Shown: positions 42,211-55,182, numbered from the stretch's first letter. The stretch: 64,000 nucleotides of DNA from Octopus sinensis (GCF_006345805.1 NC_043007.1:310001-374000), one strand, 5' to 3'. The notes: generated by a model from the sequence alone, not told the origin. Program-made: numbers and translations.

Positions 42211-42862
42211 TGTATGTGTGTACGTTTTGTGTGTGTCTGTGTACCTGTGTGTGTATGCGAGTGCGAGTGTACGTGTGTGAGCGTGTATATATATATTTGT
42301 ATACGGCTTTCTGTTATCGACAGAATTGCAGTGGATTTGAATATAGGAATTACCAAATAGTTTATAGTGCTACGTATTAGGAAAACTACGAGGGATTACA
42401 ACAAGCATTATGCAATTGAAATAAAAGAAAACAGAAGCATTCTGATATAGTCTCTGTGAGAATATAATCAACGAATATGCAATACATATTCCGTCGTTAT
42501 ATTATACGAGACGTATTAAATTTTATAAAACATAGAACAAGACAGATGCAAATTTTACAGAATGTTTAGTTCTGAAGAGAAAAACACAGATTCATATACG
42601 TGTCAGGATGTGTGTAAATATATATATATATGATTATAATTTAGCGTATCTAAAAGATACCTTCACGCTGGAAATAGCAGCCAAAACGTGACTCTAAAAC
42701 CACATTAAATGTTCATACAGCACCAGGAGAGAAGACAAAAAGACAAAATAAACTAGCAAAAAATTACTGGATAATTCCAGATCCCGGATTTCTGGCTCTG
42801 CATAAGAAATGCATTGCCTCATCAGTGGAATATACGCATATAGCACATAAATACATACATAC

Positions 42863-42911
<49 letters not shown>

Positions 42912-44381
42912 ATCTATATATATATATATATAAAACATACGAATAGTTACATATACGAACGTATACATACATATATATACACGTATGCACACGACCAGTT
43001 TAAATTGCCGCGTAAACTCCTCGTGCGATATGGTCAAAAATATCAGTGAATATAAAACGAAATAAATATATAAATTTATATAAATAAGGATAAGATCGAT
43101 ATTTAAATAACGATCTTATCCTTACATATATATATATATATGTTATATAATATATATATATATAATATATATATATGTATGTATGTATGCATGCATGTAT
43201 ATGTCTTTATTTATGTATATATGGGTGGACGGATGGATGAATGGATGGATGGTGTATATACGAGTGAGCAGACAAACGAAAGGGTACTCAACACGTTATT
43301 TGGGAGTTACTTTAGTTTTGAAATGTCACTGTTTTTCTTAAATTAATTCAGTAAATTAATTAAATTTTCTAGATATATGAGAGAGTTGCAAACGTCTGTT
43401 ATGTTTATTCTACAATATCTTCATGGACGGGAAAAAAAAGGGAATCGACAGGGTGCTGCCTTTTCTATATACAACTTCATCTTGATGGCAATTGTAGCAC
43501 ACCATAATGCTGAAGAAAGTTAATGAGCAAGAAACGGCGTCATCCAATCGATATTGCTTTTACTTACTATTCCGTGATTGTGCAATGAACATGACATATA
43601 TTCACACTGTCTCACGTTTGTAGCATATTTAATTAATTGATACATAAACGTTGACCGTTTATAGAAACAGCTTCGAGGCGAGAAATATATTTTGTTTGCA
43701 ATATCTGTATATTTGTTAGAAGTGAGTGTATCGAAGATACCAGCAATTGATTTGGGTATTGAAAAAAAATATTGTTTCTTCACTAGCGGCATTAATATGG
43801 AACTAAAGTAAAGGACTAAGAGCAGTAGCAAGGGGCAACATTTTCGAGTCTGCTGTATATATCTGTTTAGGATGCAGGAGAAGCAACTTAAAGGGCTGCA
43901 TCGAGCGGCGCACACTCCGGGCGCGTAACTGGCCAAGAAGAATTGTGATACTTGAAAGGTTTAAGGACGGTGGATTCAGGGGTGCGTGAATTGAGATATT
44001 TGTTTTGCATCGAGGAATATCCATTTTATTGTTAGTCCCTCTTTCAGTTATGCAGTTAAGAGAAAGTGTTGCTACATTGCTAACTTGTAGCCGACGACGC
44101 GGCCGTCCGCCAATTATGTCACCATAAACTAACTGTATGTATGTATGTATGTATGTATGTATGTATGTATTATGTATGTATGTATGTGTGTATGTATGTA
44201 TGTATGTATGTATGTATGTATGTATGTATATATGTATATATTATAATATATATATATAATATATATATATAACTTTAAGTCGCATAGAACCGAAACAAAT
44301 TGTTTTGCATATAACTCTTATTTATATTTTGGCTGCCCTTTTCTTTCGTCTGTATCATTCGTACACACACATACACATACA

Positions 44382-44454
<73 letters not shown>

Positions 44455-44647
44455 CTATACAGATGTGTACATACATAAATATATAATACATACATATATA
44501 TATATATATACATATACGTGTGTATATATGTATATATATATATATATATATGTATGTATTATGTGTTTGTTGTTTACACACCCATCTTCGTCTTTGGTCT
44601 TTTGTAATTCTCTCTATATCATATATATATATATATATATATATGTG

Positions 44648-44694
<47 letters not shown>

Positions 44695-45692
44695 CATACA
44701 TATATATATGAACATATATATACATACCACACACACACATACAAGCACACAGACACACACACGCACACATATATATATATATAGTGAGCTGTCATAAATT
44801 ATATGTTCTCACCTTACAAAACTTGACCTTCTGCTTAGTTCTAAGTAATTAATATTGTAGAATAAATTTCTATAAATATAACCTCCGTCTTTCAGCAACG
44901 AATCTCCATTTTCTTTTTTCCGTTTTTAAAACTGTTTTCTTTTTATTCCGTTGCACAATAGCACAGCCAATATATCATGGCGCTTTTCAAATATGACATT
45001 AATGCGCCTCTTCTCTCTCCCTTTCACCTCTTCCCGATTACATAATTAACGCTTTATCTTTTTCTGCTTGCTTATAACCTTGTATCTCTATCCACCACCC
45101 CTTACTCCTCCTCGTTGTCCTCTTCGTTCTTTTCCTCCACCTCCTCCTCCTCAGCCTCGTCCTCCTCCCTCTTGCTGCCTTGTATGGGAGATATGATATG
45201 ATTTATTAGATGGGTTTGATTAGTTACTTTAACTTGATGATTAATTTTTCTACTTCTTGGAAAATTAATTAATTTTTCTCAGTGTGAAAATTATTTTCAA
45301 TTTCATCTTTATATTTCGCTTGCGCCTACGAACACACACATACGCAATGCAGAGACATGTACTCACACACTTACACACACTCTCGCCCATGTACACACAC
45401 ACACACACACACATACACGCACACACATATAAGCATACGTATACATGCTTACATGTAAACATACATACATACATAGACATACTTTGTCTTATTTTATATT
45501 ACTATATGTATGTACATTTTTATGTGTGTATATATGTGTATATACGTGTGTATGTACACAGAATATACTAGTCTGTATATGTACATACATGTACGTACAT
45601 ATGTATGTATAAATATATATATTTATATATATTGATATATATATGCATATTTTATATATATATATATATATTTACATAGATACACACACTAA

Positions 45693-45736
<44 letters not shown>

Positions 45737-46791
45737 CATAAACACACACACATACACACACATATATATGCATATATTCACATACTTTCGTACATACGCA
45801 GGCGATGCAGTACATTACTATTATTTTTAAGATATGAACATATTGATTAGGAATCTATAAGATATTTTGTAATGTTTATTGATTAAGGCAGTAACTTGTA
45901 TTATTAACAATAATTCAGTTAATTATATTTACAGGATCATTATTGTTAGTTAACAATTAGCTGGGAAAAAAATCTACTTAAACCAAAAGAAAAGATAATT
46001 ATAGAAGCGTTATTAATAACACACGTGTAACGTCGATATGTGTTGCATCAATTTCTGAGATTTGGAAAATGATGTAAAAATTGAAAAACGTTTATCAATT
46101 TAATGAAGCCTAATGGTTTGTTACATATGCATGAGTGCAGTAAAATGTTATTGCATGGAAAAGGAAAAATAGAAATTGTTATGGTATTCCATACATTTAC
46201 GCAACAGTTTTAGAAACGCGAATTAGATTTGGAATTTCGAGTGGAATGGAAATCTAAAAAAATAACAAATTGTTTGAATAATATTCTCAAGAGCGATTTT
46301 CTATATTTCGAAAGTTTATTTTCACTAACTGTTTGTATTAATTTTATAGTTATGCAATTATATATATATAAGCGCAGGAGTGGCTATGTGGTAAGTAGCC
46401 TGCTTACCAACAACATGGTTCCGGGTTGATGGTGGAGTAACTCAGTGGGGCCCCGTTTAAACGGCCCTTCAGAAATTGAACCTCCTTACGATTCTCCTTT
46501 TCATGGTATGAATTCATTGGTCTGATTTCCTCGCCAATGCTATGTATTTGATTTAAAATGCAGCAAAAATAATTGAACTCAAGCCGTGAAGATGGACGGA
46601 ATACCGCTGACATTGTGGCCTTCCGTGCTAACCATTAGATGGCCCTCAAAATATAGACCCTCTTAGGACATTATTTGGGATTAAGTTGAGTTTCGTTATC
46701 CTTGCACCAGTGGGCTTGGAGGAGTTAACGAACATAAACATGTGACGGGCAAAGAAACACCACTCAAAATTATATTAAGATATATAAATAT

Positions 46792-46971
46792 ATATTGTTG
46801 TATTTCGGAAGGGTCATTTTGCCAGTTTAGCCAATAAAAACACACGCACTATATATTTGGTGTTACTTTGCTTTAGTGTTATTTATTTTTTACATTAATC
46901 TTAATCTTATATAGTGCGTGTGTTTTTATTGGCTAAACTGGCAAAATGACCATTCCGAAATATAACGATAT
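46792..46971. repeat. Inverted repeat with ~63-bp arms and ~52-bp AT-rich spacer
   Basis: atttcggaagggtcattttgccagtttagccaataaaaacacacgcactata versus tatagtgcgtgtgtttttattggctaaactggcaaaatgaccattccgaaat. Confidence 0.9.
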
Positions 46972-48127
46972 CTGTTTCAACACACGACTTCACATAAAAG
47001 GTCTTGCACAACAAATATATAAACTTATAAATATTTATATATATACATATGTGTGTGAGTGTGTGTGTATGTTAGTATATGTGTATGTATGTATGTATGT
47101 GTGGGGGTATTTGTGTTTGTATATGTGTGAGGTTGTCTGTGTGCGTGCGGGCGCGTGTATGTGTCTACGTGTGTACATGCATAATTCAGTAGTGATCAAA
47201 TTTACCAAATGTAAATACAAGAATCTCAGGATGAATGAGAGTCGTAAGGCATTGAACATTTATAGAGGTATTTGCATAAGAACAAAGACATTTTCTTACA
47301 TATATTTTAACAGAAAAAGAGGCTTCATGTTTTGGCACACGGCCAACAGGTTTTTGGGAAAGATGTTAGACACGAACACCAGAATAAATTATCTCTGATG
47401 CTCCAACGACAGTTAGCTTACTGCCCGATTTATATAAGTATTAAGAAATTTTTATATTTAGAAATTCTTATTTAATGATGATTTTAAAACTAAAAATTTG
47501 TATTGGTTTTCGTAATCGCAGAGTACACCTACATGGCAAGGTTTCGCAGAATCTCCACTAGTTATTGCTTTAATTATAATGAACAAATTTATAACGCAAT
47601 TAATTATGGGAATACGTAAGGAAACTTATGCAAATTTACATTTCTGTAAAACGGAAAAAGAGAAGATGTTTGTCTTAGTAAATATGTGATGTAAACAGAG
47701 AAACTTATGAAAGAAATCAAATCAATAAAAACGAGATATTTTAATCAGATAACACCTTACAACATTATGGACTTATATTATTTTTTTAATGATAGAGCAA
47801 TACGGTAATTAGACTATAAAAACATTTCTATACTGGCTATCAAAAGAGTCTTGTCGGTTTACATCTTGACTGAGATCCACTGAAAATCCAGCAGAGAGGT
47901 TAGTTGTTAAAACAGTAAAAAAAAAATTTCTGTTAGATTACTATAAAGATTGTATAATGGTATAATGATTCATCTTCACAAACTATACGGTGTACAAAGG
48001 CTTATAGCAGGATCATAAACTGAAATCTGTTGTAAGTCATAAATTTTCTTCAGTTTAATATATTTCACTTCTGAATAACTAGCTTCCTGAATTGAATTTA
48101 AACTGTGGTTTGTGCATCAACTTTATA

Positions 48128-48498
48128 TTACTCTTTTACTTGTTTTAGTCATTTGACTACAGCCATGCTGGAGCACCGCCTTTAGTCTAGGAAATCGACC
48201 CCAGCACTTATTCTTTGTAAGCCTAGTACTTATTCTATCGGTGTCTTTTGCCGAACCGCTAAGTTACGGGGACGTAAACACACCAGCATCGGTTGTCAAG
48301 CGATGTTGTGGGGACAGACACACAAACACACACATACATACACACACACATACATATATACGACGGGCTTCTTTCAGTTTCCGTCCACCAAATCCACTCC
48401 CAAGGCTTTGGTCGGTCCGAGGTTATATTAGAAGACACTTTCCCGAAGTGCCACGCAGTGGGACTGAACCCGGAACCATGTTGTTGGTAAGCAAGCTA
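48128..48498 (-). mobile_element. SINE family A
   Basis: Tail, body and most of the head. Confidence 0.88.
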
Positions 48499-48669
48499 TA
48501 TGTCCTGCAGCAATTTCGTTAGTTCTCTTTCAACAGCAGGTCATTCAACCACATGAGATTTGATCAATTAAAAATGATCCTTTATCAGTTTAATGATGAA
48601 TGGATATAATGATTTAAACTTGGTTTCAACACCACAAGATACATTCGCCTTGCGTTTTAAGAAAAAGAA

Positions 48670-48816
48670 CATCGCTGGTGCTTGTTTTATTCGACCTCGA
48701 ACGGGATTAAAGGCAAAGTCAACCTCGGTCAGAATTGAACTCAGGCTGTGAAGATGGATGAAATACCGCTGATATTGTGGCCTTCCATGCTAACCATTCT
48801 GCCAGCACACCGCCTT
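48670..48816 (-). mobile_element. SINE family B, diverged
   Basis: aaaggcaaagtcaacctcgg...ctgccagcacaccgcctt. Confidence 0.7.
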
Positions 48817-48849
48817 AATGATAATCATAATCATAATAATAGGTCCCAA

Positions 48850-48895
48850 GAGACCTGATGAAGGCTGGTGGGTATATCAGCCGAAACGTTGTGTT
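48850..48895 (+). ncRNA. Minimal type I hammerhead ribozyme motif with canonical core, in a Penelope-like terminal fragment (to ~48950)
   Basis: gagac-CTGATGA-a-ggctgg-tgggtata-tcagcc-GAAAC-GTT-gtgtt: canonical CUGAUGA/GAAA boxes, 6-bp stem II, ACGT palindromic stem III, imperfect stem I. Confidence 0.6.
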
Positions 48896-50095
48896 AACAA
48901 CAAACCAGATGAGGACAAATATCCGTCAAATGTAAATAATGTAAATAATATACGTTCCTGTGTAGTGAGGTATGTAGTGTTGGTGTTTATGGTATTTGTC
49001 GCCAAAATTTTGCGTTATTTGTATCTAACAGTGTAAGGAGTACAACTACATTGTTCTCAGCAAATTCCAGGACCTAAAATTAACTCCGTTGTATCGGTTT
49101 CTTTCATGAACGATGTCAACAGTGTCAGTATCTGCTGGCCATTTAATGATGAATCTGAACCCATTAATCGAAGAATAATGAAGAGGAAGACGAAGGGGAA
49201 GTAGCAGAAAATGAACAAAGACTAGCAGAAAGGAAAGGGAAAATGGTAAAAGAATAGTAGGTAAAAAATCCGAAGAAGGAGAAGAAACGCAGTAATAAAT
49301 CTCCTGCTTTTGTATATCTTTTCCTGCATCGCATTCTTCATTTTGATTTTCTTCCTTGTTGGCCACGTATCACATTCTGCTTTTCTCCATCAAATTCAAC
49401 TAGTTTGCATTCACCATAATATCTTCACTCCGATTTAATATAATACAATCATAAAAGTGTCTATTTTTGTTCATCCAATCAATAATCTGTCAATATATTT
49501 CTTCTTCTTTTCTTTTCATTTCACAAACATACACAATCATACATAACACGTCTATAGTGTAATCACTTGCCCACACCCACAAGATGAACCAACACAAGAC
49601 GAAAAACTTGAAATAGAAAACATTTTGGTTTGACTAATTCATATGACAAAATTACGAAGTCGCTCCTTTTCTTTGCAAAAATGAATTTTGCCCGACTTAA
49701 ATGTATTGAGTAATTTTAAAATTAATATTCGACTACTTTTAAGTAAAACAATCGATAAAAACAAATAATCTCGTCGAAATCAACTTTGCCTTTCATCATT
49801 TCGGGATCGATGAAACATTACAAGTCCAAGATGGTAGATTATGAGAAATGCAAGAATGATGCCTGGCAGTTTTTCTACTGATCTTTTCGTCTTGAATTAA
49901 AATCCTAATTCAGCCAATTGAAGTGACTTAATACGTCTCTAAGTTTAGTGTTGCCGCCCGTTGACTTACTTAATTTTAGCGGAGTCCCCATGATTGCGAA
50001 CGTTTATGTTGGGATTAAGTTGCCTTTCATCCTCACGAATTTGCACAGCATATAAAACATTAAGAGTATTGTCTAGTTTCCTATGCTATAAAATT

Positions 50096-50143
<48 letters not shown>

Positions 50144-50145
50144 TA

Positions 50146-50559
50146 GACGCAGGAGTGGCTGTGTGGTAAGTAGCTTGCTTACCAACCACATGGTTCCGGG
50201 TTCAGTCCCACTGCGTGGCATCTTGGACAAGTGTCTTCTACTATAGCCACGGGCCGACCAAAGCCTTGTGAGTGGATTTGGTAGACGGAAACTGAAAGAA
50301 GCCCGTCGTATATATGTATATATATGTGTTTGTGTGTCTGTGTGTGTTTGTGTGTCTGTGTTTGTCCCCCCAACATCGCTTGACAACCGATGCTGGTGTG
50401 TATACGTCCCCGTAACTTAGCGGTTCGGCAAAAAGGGACCGATAAAATAAGTACTAGGCTTACAAAGAATAAGTCCTGGGGTCGATTTGATCGACTAAAA
50501 GGCGGTGCTCCAGCATGGCCACAGTCACATGACTGAAACAAGTAAAAAGAGCTAAAAGT
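50146..50559 (+). mobile_element. SINE family A, full-length
   Basis: gcaggagTGGCTGTGTGGtaagtagcttgcttaccaaccacatggttccgGGTTCAGTCCcactgcgtggca through to the tail. Confidence 0.92.
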
Positions 50560-50583
50560 ATATATATATTTATACATACATAT

Positions 50584-50687
50584 GCGCAGGAGTGTCTGGG
50601 TGGTAAGTAGCTTGCTTACCAACCACATGGTGCCGATTACAGTCCAACCGTGTGGCACCTTAGGCAAGTGTCTTCTACTATAGCATC
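50584..50687 (+). mobile_element. SINE family A, 5' fragment
   Basis: Head and CORE-like block, cut off at the mariner fragment. Confidence 0.8.
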
Positions 50688-50832
50688 GTTCTAGCTCTCC
50701 CTGCTAGCGCTTGAAAGGAAGGTTTGTAGTGTGTGATCGTCGCATTGATCATGACAGAGAAAGTTGTGCAGATAATCTGCATCAAATTTTGCTAAAAGCT
50801 TGGCGATACTTGCTGTGAGGCCTACGCAAAGT
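50688..50832 (+). mobile_element. Mariner 5' fragment (inverted relative to the neighbouring copy)
   Basis: MTEKVVQIICIKFC*KLGDTCCEAYAK; reverse complement of ~51222-51345. Confidence 0.8.
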
Positions 50833-50844
50833 TTTCTAAATGCT

Positions 50845-51466
50845 TTTCTAAATGCTTTCCCCGTTTTCGACACAATCAAGGAGATCTTGTGCAACTGAAA
50901 CCCGAGTGTCTTTTTGGTCAACTGAATGCAGTTTTGACACAAACTTGGCGGACACGCGTCTCATACCCAAATCTTCAGTGATAATGGACTGAACTGGACC
51001 GCAATTAATCTGCACATCCTCTGACAACTCACGAATGGTGACTCGACGATCTCCCGTCAAAGCTATATGCACATCTCCGGTGTTTTTCTCAGTTTTGCTG
51101 GCTGCGGGTCTTCCAGAACGTTCGTCCCTATCGACATATTTTTGTTTTGGGCCATCTTATAAATGGCTGAATCACTTGTACACGTGTGTGGCCCCTACAC
51201 TTTTCCCCATACACTTTCTGCGACTTTGCGTAGGCGTCTGAGCAGTTATCACCATGACAACTTTCTCTTTCATGGTCAATGCGACGATCACACGCTACAC
51301 ACCTTCCTTTCAAGCACTGCTGTAGAAAGCAGGGAGAGCTAGAACATTAAAATTTAGTGTGCATGCACAACAAAACTCAAGGTTAATCTGTGCCAAGCAG
51401 CCTCACTTTGCGTGCTTTAGCTTCATTACTATGGCAACAGTCCGGATACTTATTGATCAGACCTCA
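50845..51466 (-). pseudogene. Mariner element 5' half (irritans-like) with transposase remnant
   Basis: TA|tgaggtctgatcaataagtatccggactg TIR; DERSGRP; DRRVTIRELSEDV...IITEDLGMRRVSAKFVSKL. Confidence 0.88.
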
Positions 51467-51667
51467 TATATGTTCATTACAGAAAATACGTTAGTCAATT
51501 AACCTCATACTATTGGCTGTTCTGTAATGAAGCTAAGTGTGACACATGCATTCATACGTACCATATATCTATGCAATCAAAACTCCAAACTCGGAATCGA
51601 TCGACTCGCATTACAAAAGCAGCCCACCCTCACACTTGCTATCACATTAAACATCTCTCACGCTTAA

Positions 51668-52007
51668 GAGGGAGACCACTTCGGTCATGAATGACCATGG
51701 GATTGCAACTAGAAAGTTACCCTCCGAAGTACAAGTCCGAGCAAGGTTGTTTATGGAAGGCCAGCAGTCGTCCATGCATACCGGGCTCCCCTCTCCACAC
51801 TCCACACTTCTTGGCACCAGTGATACATCTTGGCACCAGTGATACATCTTGGCACCAGTGATGTCGCAACTCATTTCTACAGTTGAGTAAACCGGAGCAA
51901 AGTGAAATAAAGTGTCTTGCTCAAGAACACAACACGCAGCCCGGTCCGAACTCACAACCTCACGATCGTAAGCTCGACGCTCTAACCACTGAGCCATGCG
52001 CCTTCAC
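51668..52007 (-). mobile_element. SINE family C (tRNA head, V/CORE-like block)
   Basis: Minus strand gaaggcgcaTGGCTCAGTGGttagagcg...gagttcg; gtgttcttgagcaagacactttatttcac; internal 20-bp tandem x3 at ~51809-51863. Confidence 0.85.
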
Positions 52008-52902
52008 TTCTCTCACGTTAAATTAAGTAATATTTAACCGCGCTGTGACACACGCCCGCCTTCCTTCGCACTGCACATCTCATTTTCTGCTTTTGTAATT
52101 CGCACCGTACAACTTTTCATCTAATCACTCTTTCTCTAACATTCATCCTAATAACTTTTTCTGTCCCTCCGGCTATTTCGTTACCGTTCTATCAAAGCAA
52201 TATGGTTTGAAACTTCATTTCTCACAACAACTAAATTTATCAATTACCAAAGATTATTGGATCACTCGATTTCTTCAGTCCTTGTAGTGTTTCAAATATG
52301 ATTAATGATATTTGTCTCCTAATCGTAAACACAAATCGAAGACTTCTGCTCCTCTCCGATCACGAAAATAGCAAACTAGAATAAATTATGTGTGATCATA
52401 AATTTGTACGCTGAATGAGCCTGTAATTATATCTGAGGGTATCTTTAGATTATTGAAATATGAAGAGGAAATCTATGAATATAACAAATATTAACTTGTT
52501 CGCAAAGATGAATGGATTAACTGATTATATTATTCCAACAAAGAGACTCACCATTTTCCGAGCGGTATTTCATTTAGTTATATATAATGATAATTAAACA
52601 GTACGTTATAAGTAACGGATTGGAACACTGGAAGGTATTAATGAATAAAAACATATTGCGGACAGTAAATAAAAGGATGTAAATGAGAGGTCTAAGCAAA
52701 TCAGGGGTTTCTGAACAGGTTTGTGTCTAGCGAGGTATTCTCTTAAAGAATATGGTCTATGTACCAAAAGCCAAGGGCCCGTGCATTATGCAGTGATTCA
52801 GAAACACGTTGTTGCATAGGCAAATTGTTAATATTAATAACCTCTACTTACTGTTTGTATAGCAAAATTTGATCTTCTATTCCTTAATGCTACAGCTTTC
52901 AG

Positions 52903-53302
52903 TAAGGCGTCGAGCTGGCAGGAACGTTAGCACGCCGAGCGAAATGCTAAGCGGTAGTTCGTCTGCCGTTACGTTCTGGGTTCAAATTCCGCCGAGGTCG
53001 ACTTTGCATTTCATCCTTTCAGGGTCAATAAATTAAGTACCAGTTACGCACTGGGGACGATGTAATCGACTTAATCCGTTTGTCTGTCCTTGTTTGTCCC
53101 CTCTGTGTTTAGCCCCTTGTGGGTAGTAAAAAAATAGGTATTTCGTTTGTCTTTATGTTCCGAGTCCAAATCCCGCTGAGGTCGACTTTGTCTTTCATTC
53201 TTTCGGCGTTGATAAATTAAGTACCAGTTGTGTACTGGAGTCGATGTAATCGACTGACCCTCTCCCCCAAAATTTCGGGCCTTGTACATAGAGTAGAAAA
53301 GA
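52903..53302 (+). mobile_element. SINE family B dimer
   Basis: Head, domain, tail 1, repeated domain, tail 2 (ccccaaaatttcgggccttgtacatagagtagaaaag). Confidence 0.88.
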
Positions 53303-53374
53303 TTTTTTATAACGTGTACTTACCGCTTGTATAGCAAAATATGATCTTCTATTCTTTAATACTACAAGTCTCAG

Positions 53375-53532
53375 TAAGGCGCCGAGCTGGCAGTACCGTC
53401 AGCACGCTTAGGCCAGATGTTTAGCAGCATTTCGTATGTCTTCACTCTCTGAGTTCAAATCCCAACGAGAGTGACTTTACTTTTTATCCTTTCGAGTTCC
53501 GATAAAATAAGTAACACTTGAACACTGGGGTC
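53375..53532 (+). mobile_element. SINE family B, older and truncated
   Basis: taaggcgccgagctggcag head and a diverged domain. Confidence 0.75.
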
Positions 53533-53564
53533 AACATAACACCACACACACACACACACATATG

Positions 53565-53770
53565 TCCGGCAGTCGCCATGATAGATCGGTAGCCACTACA
53601 CACATTTTTGTTTCTCTCCTTGTGTTTTTTCTGTGTCCCTTTCTGTAGAAGAGCGCAGGCTCGAAACGTAAAAGACTTTTTCTATTCCTGAGCGTTATAC
53701 TAACACATCTGTTTGTTTTGTACACCACATGCCTTCGTCTTTTGTTTTGTTTTTCTGAACTCTCCCCCTA
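53565..53770 (+). mobile_element. Short repeat family D (Penelope-like terminal fragment)
   Basis: Homologous to 13375-13580 and 7569-7772; sits between (CA)n and (TA)n. Confidence 0.7.
53639..53674 (+). ncRNA. Minimal type I hammerhead-like motif, variant core
   Basis: cttt-CTGTAGA-a-gagc-gcag-gctc-GAAAC-GTA-aaag; perfect 4-bp stems I and II. Confidence 0.5.
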
Positions 53771-53773
53771 TAT

Positions 53774-53818
<45 letters not shown>

Positions 53819-53829
53819 GATATATATAT

Positions 53830-53871
<42 letters not shown>

Positions 53872-54119
53872 TATATATATATATATAGATAGATAGATAT
53901 AGATATACATACATATACATATTCATGCGTGTAAATATATGTTTGTGTGTATGTATAAATGTTTACATATAATAAGTAAAATATAATAAATAAGAATAAT
54001 AATGTGTTCTGAATGGCACAACAATACATTGTTGTGCCACAATACACAATGCTTCAAGAACTGAACCCGGAACCTTGTGGTTGGTAAGCAACCTACTACC
54101 ATACAGCCATACCTGTGCT

Positions 54120-54164
54120 TATATATATATAACATATATATATATATATATATATACATATATA

Positions 54165-54239
<75 letters not shown>

Positions 54240-54245
54240 AATATT

Positions 54246-54322
<77 letters not shown>

Positions 54323-54736
54323 GTATGTATGTATGTGTGTGCGTGTGTATGTGTGTGAAGAAGCATACAAATAGGAGAAAGTAAAGCGTTGCCATACTCT
54401 ATCACTTAACTGGTATGTCGTTTTACTTTTTATCCCGAGTGTAGTTTCCGTTGTTTTGTATTCTTTGGAATAAATATGATTATAAAAAGAAGAACGGGAA
54501 TAAAATTCTGCTACGGTTACAAAAAATGAATATTGACGATGTGGAATGTAGCTGCAAGTAATGAAATAACAAGGAGGGGAACAACTATCTTTATCTTCAA
54601 GATTATTGGGTGTTTGCTAAACGATCACGGCTCCATATTAACGTCTTACGAAATATATAAATGTATGTTTGCGTCTTTGAGTTCTGCATACATTTATACA
54701 TATTTACAAGTATATTCATGTATCTATATACGTGTG

Positions 54737-54833
<97 letters not shown>

Positions 54834-54847
54834 AGGTATATAATATG

Positions 54848-54923
<76 letters not shown>

Positions 54924-55030
54924 TGTGTATATATATATTTATACATAATGTACATATACAAAATATATAATATGTACTACGTATACACAATATGTGTGTG
55001 TGTGTGTGTGTGAGTGTGTGAGTGTGTGAG
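54120..55030. repeat. Long (TA)n and (TG)n microsatellite blocks
   Basis: Directly visible at ~54120-54355 and ~54737-55030. Confidence 0.85.
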
Positions 55031-55182
55031 TATTTATGTGTGTCCGTGTGCTTATTTATTCTGTTTTATGTGTTCGAAACATATTATTACCTACACACAT
55101 ACACACATACACATGCATTCACACACATTCGTGCACTTGCTAACATACATATATATACATACTCCTAAACACACACCTATGT

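Noticed and set aside
43085-43124. 14-bp-stem hairpin taaggataagatcg/cgatcttatcctta
   Set aside because: Too short for a pre-miRNA and has no context; bacterial-type terminators are not relevant here.
49046-49366. 106-aa minus-strand ORF with a hydrophobic segment
   Set aside because: The hydrophobic part comes from a low-complexity purine-rich tract, the start is non-ATG and there is no convincing splice donor.
51930-52007. tRNA-like sequence (also the heads of families A and B)
   Set aside because: A/B boxes are present, but there is no complete cloverleaf and each continues into a SINE body.
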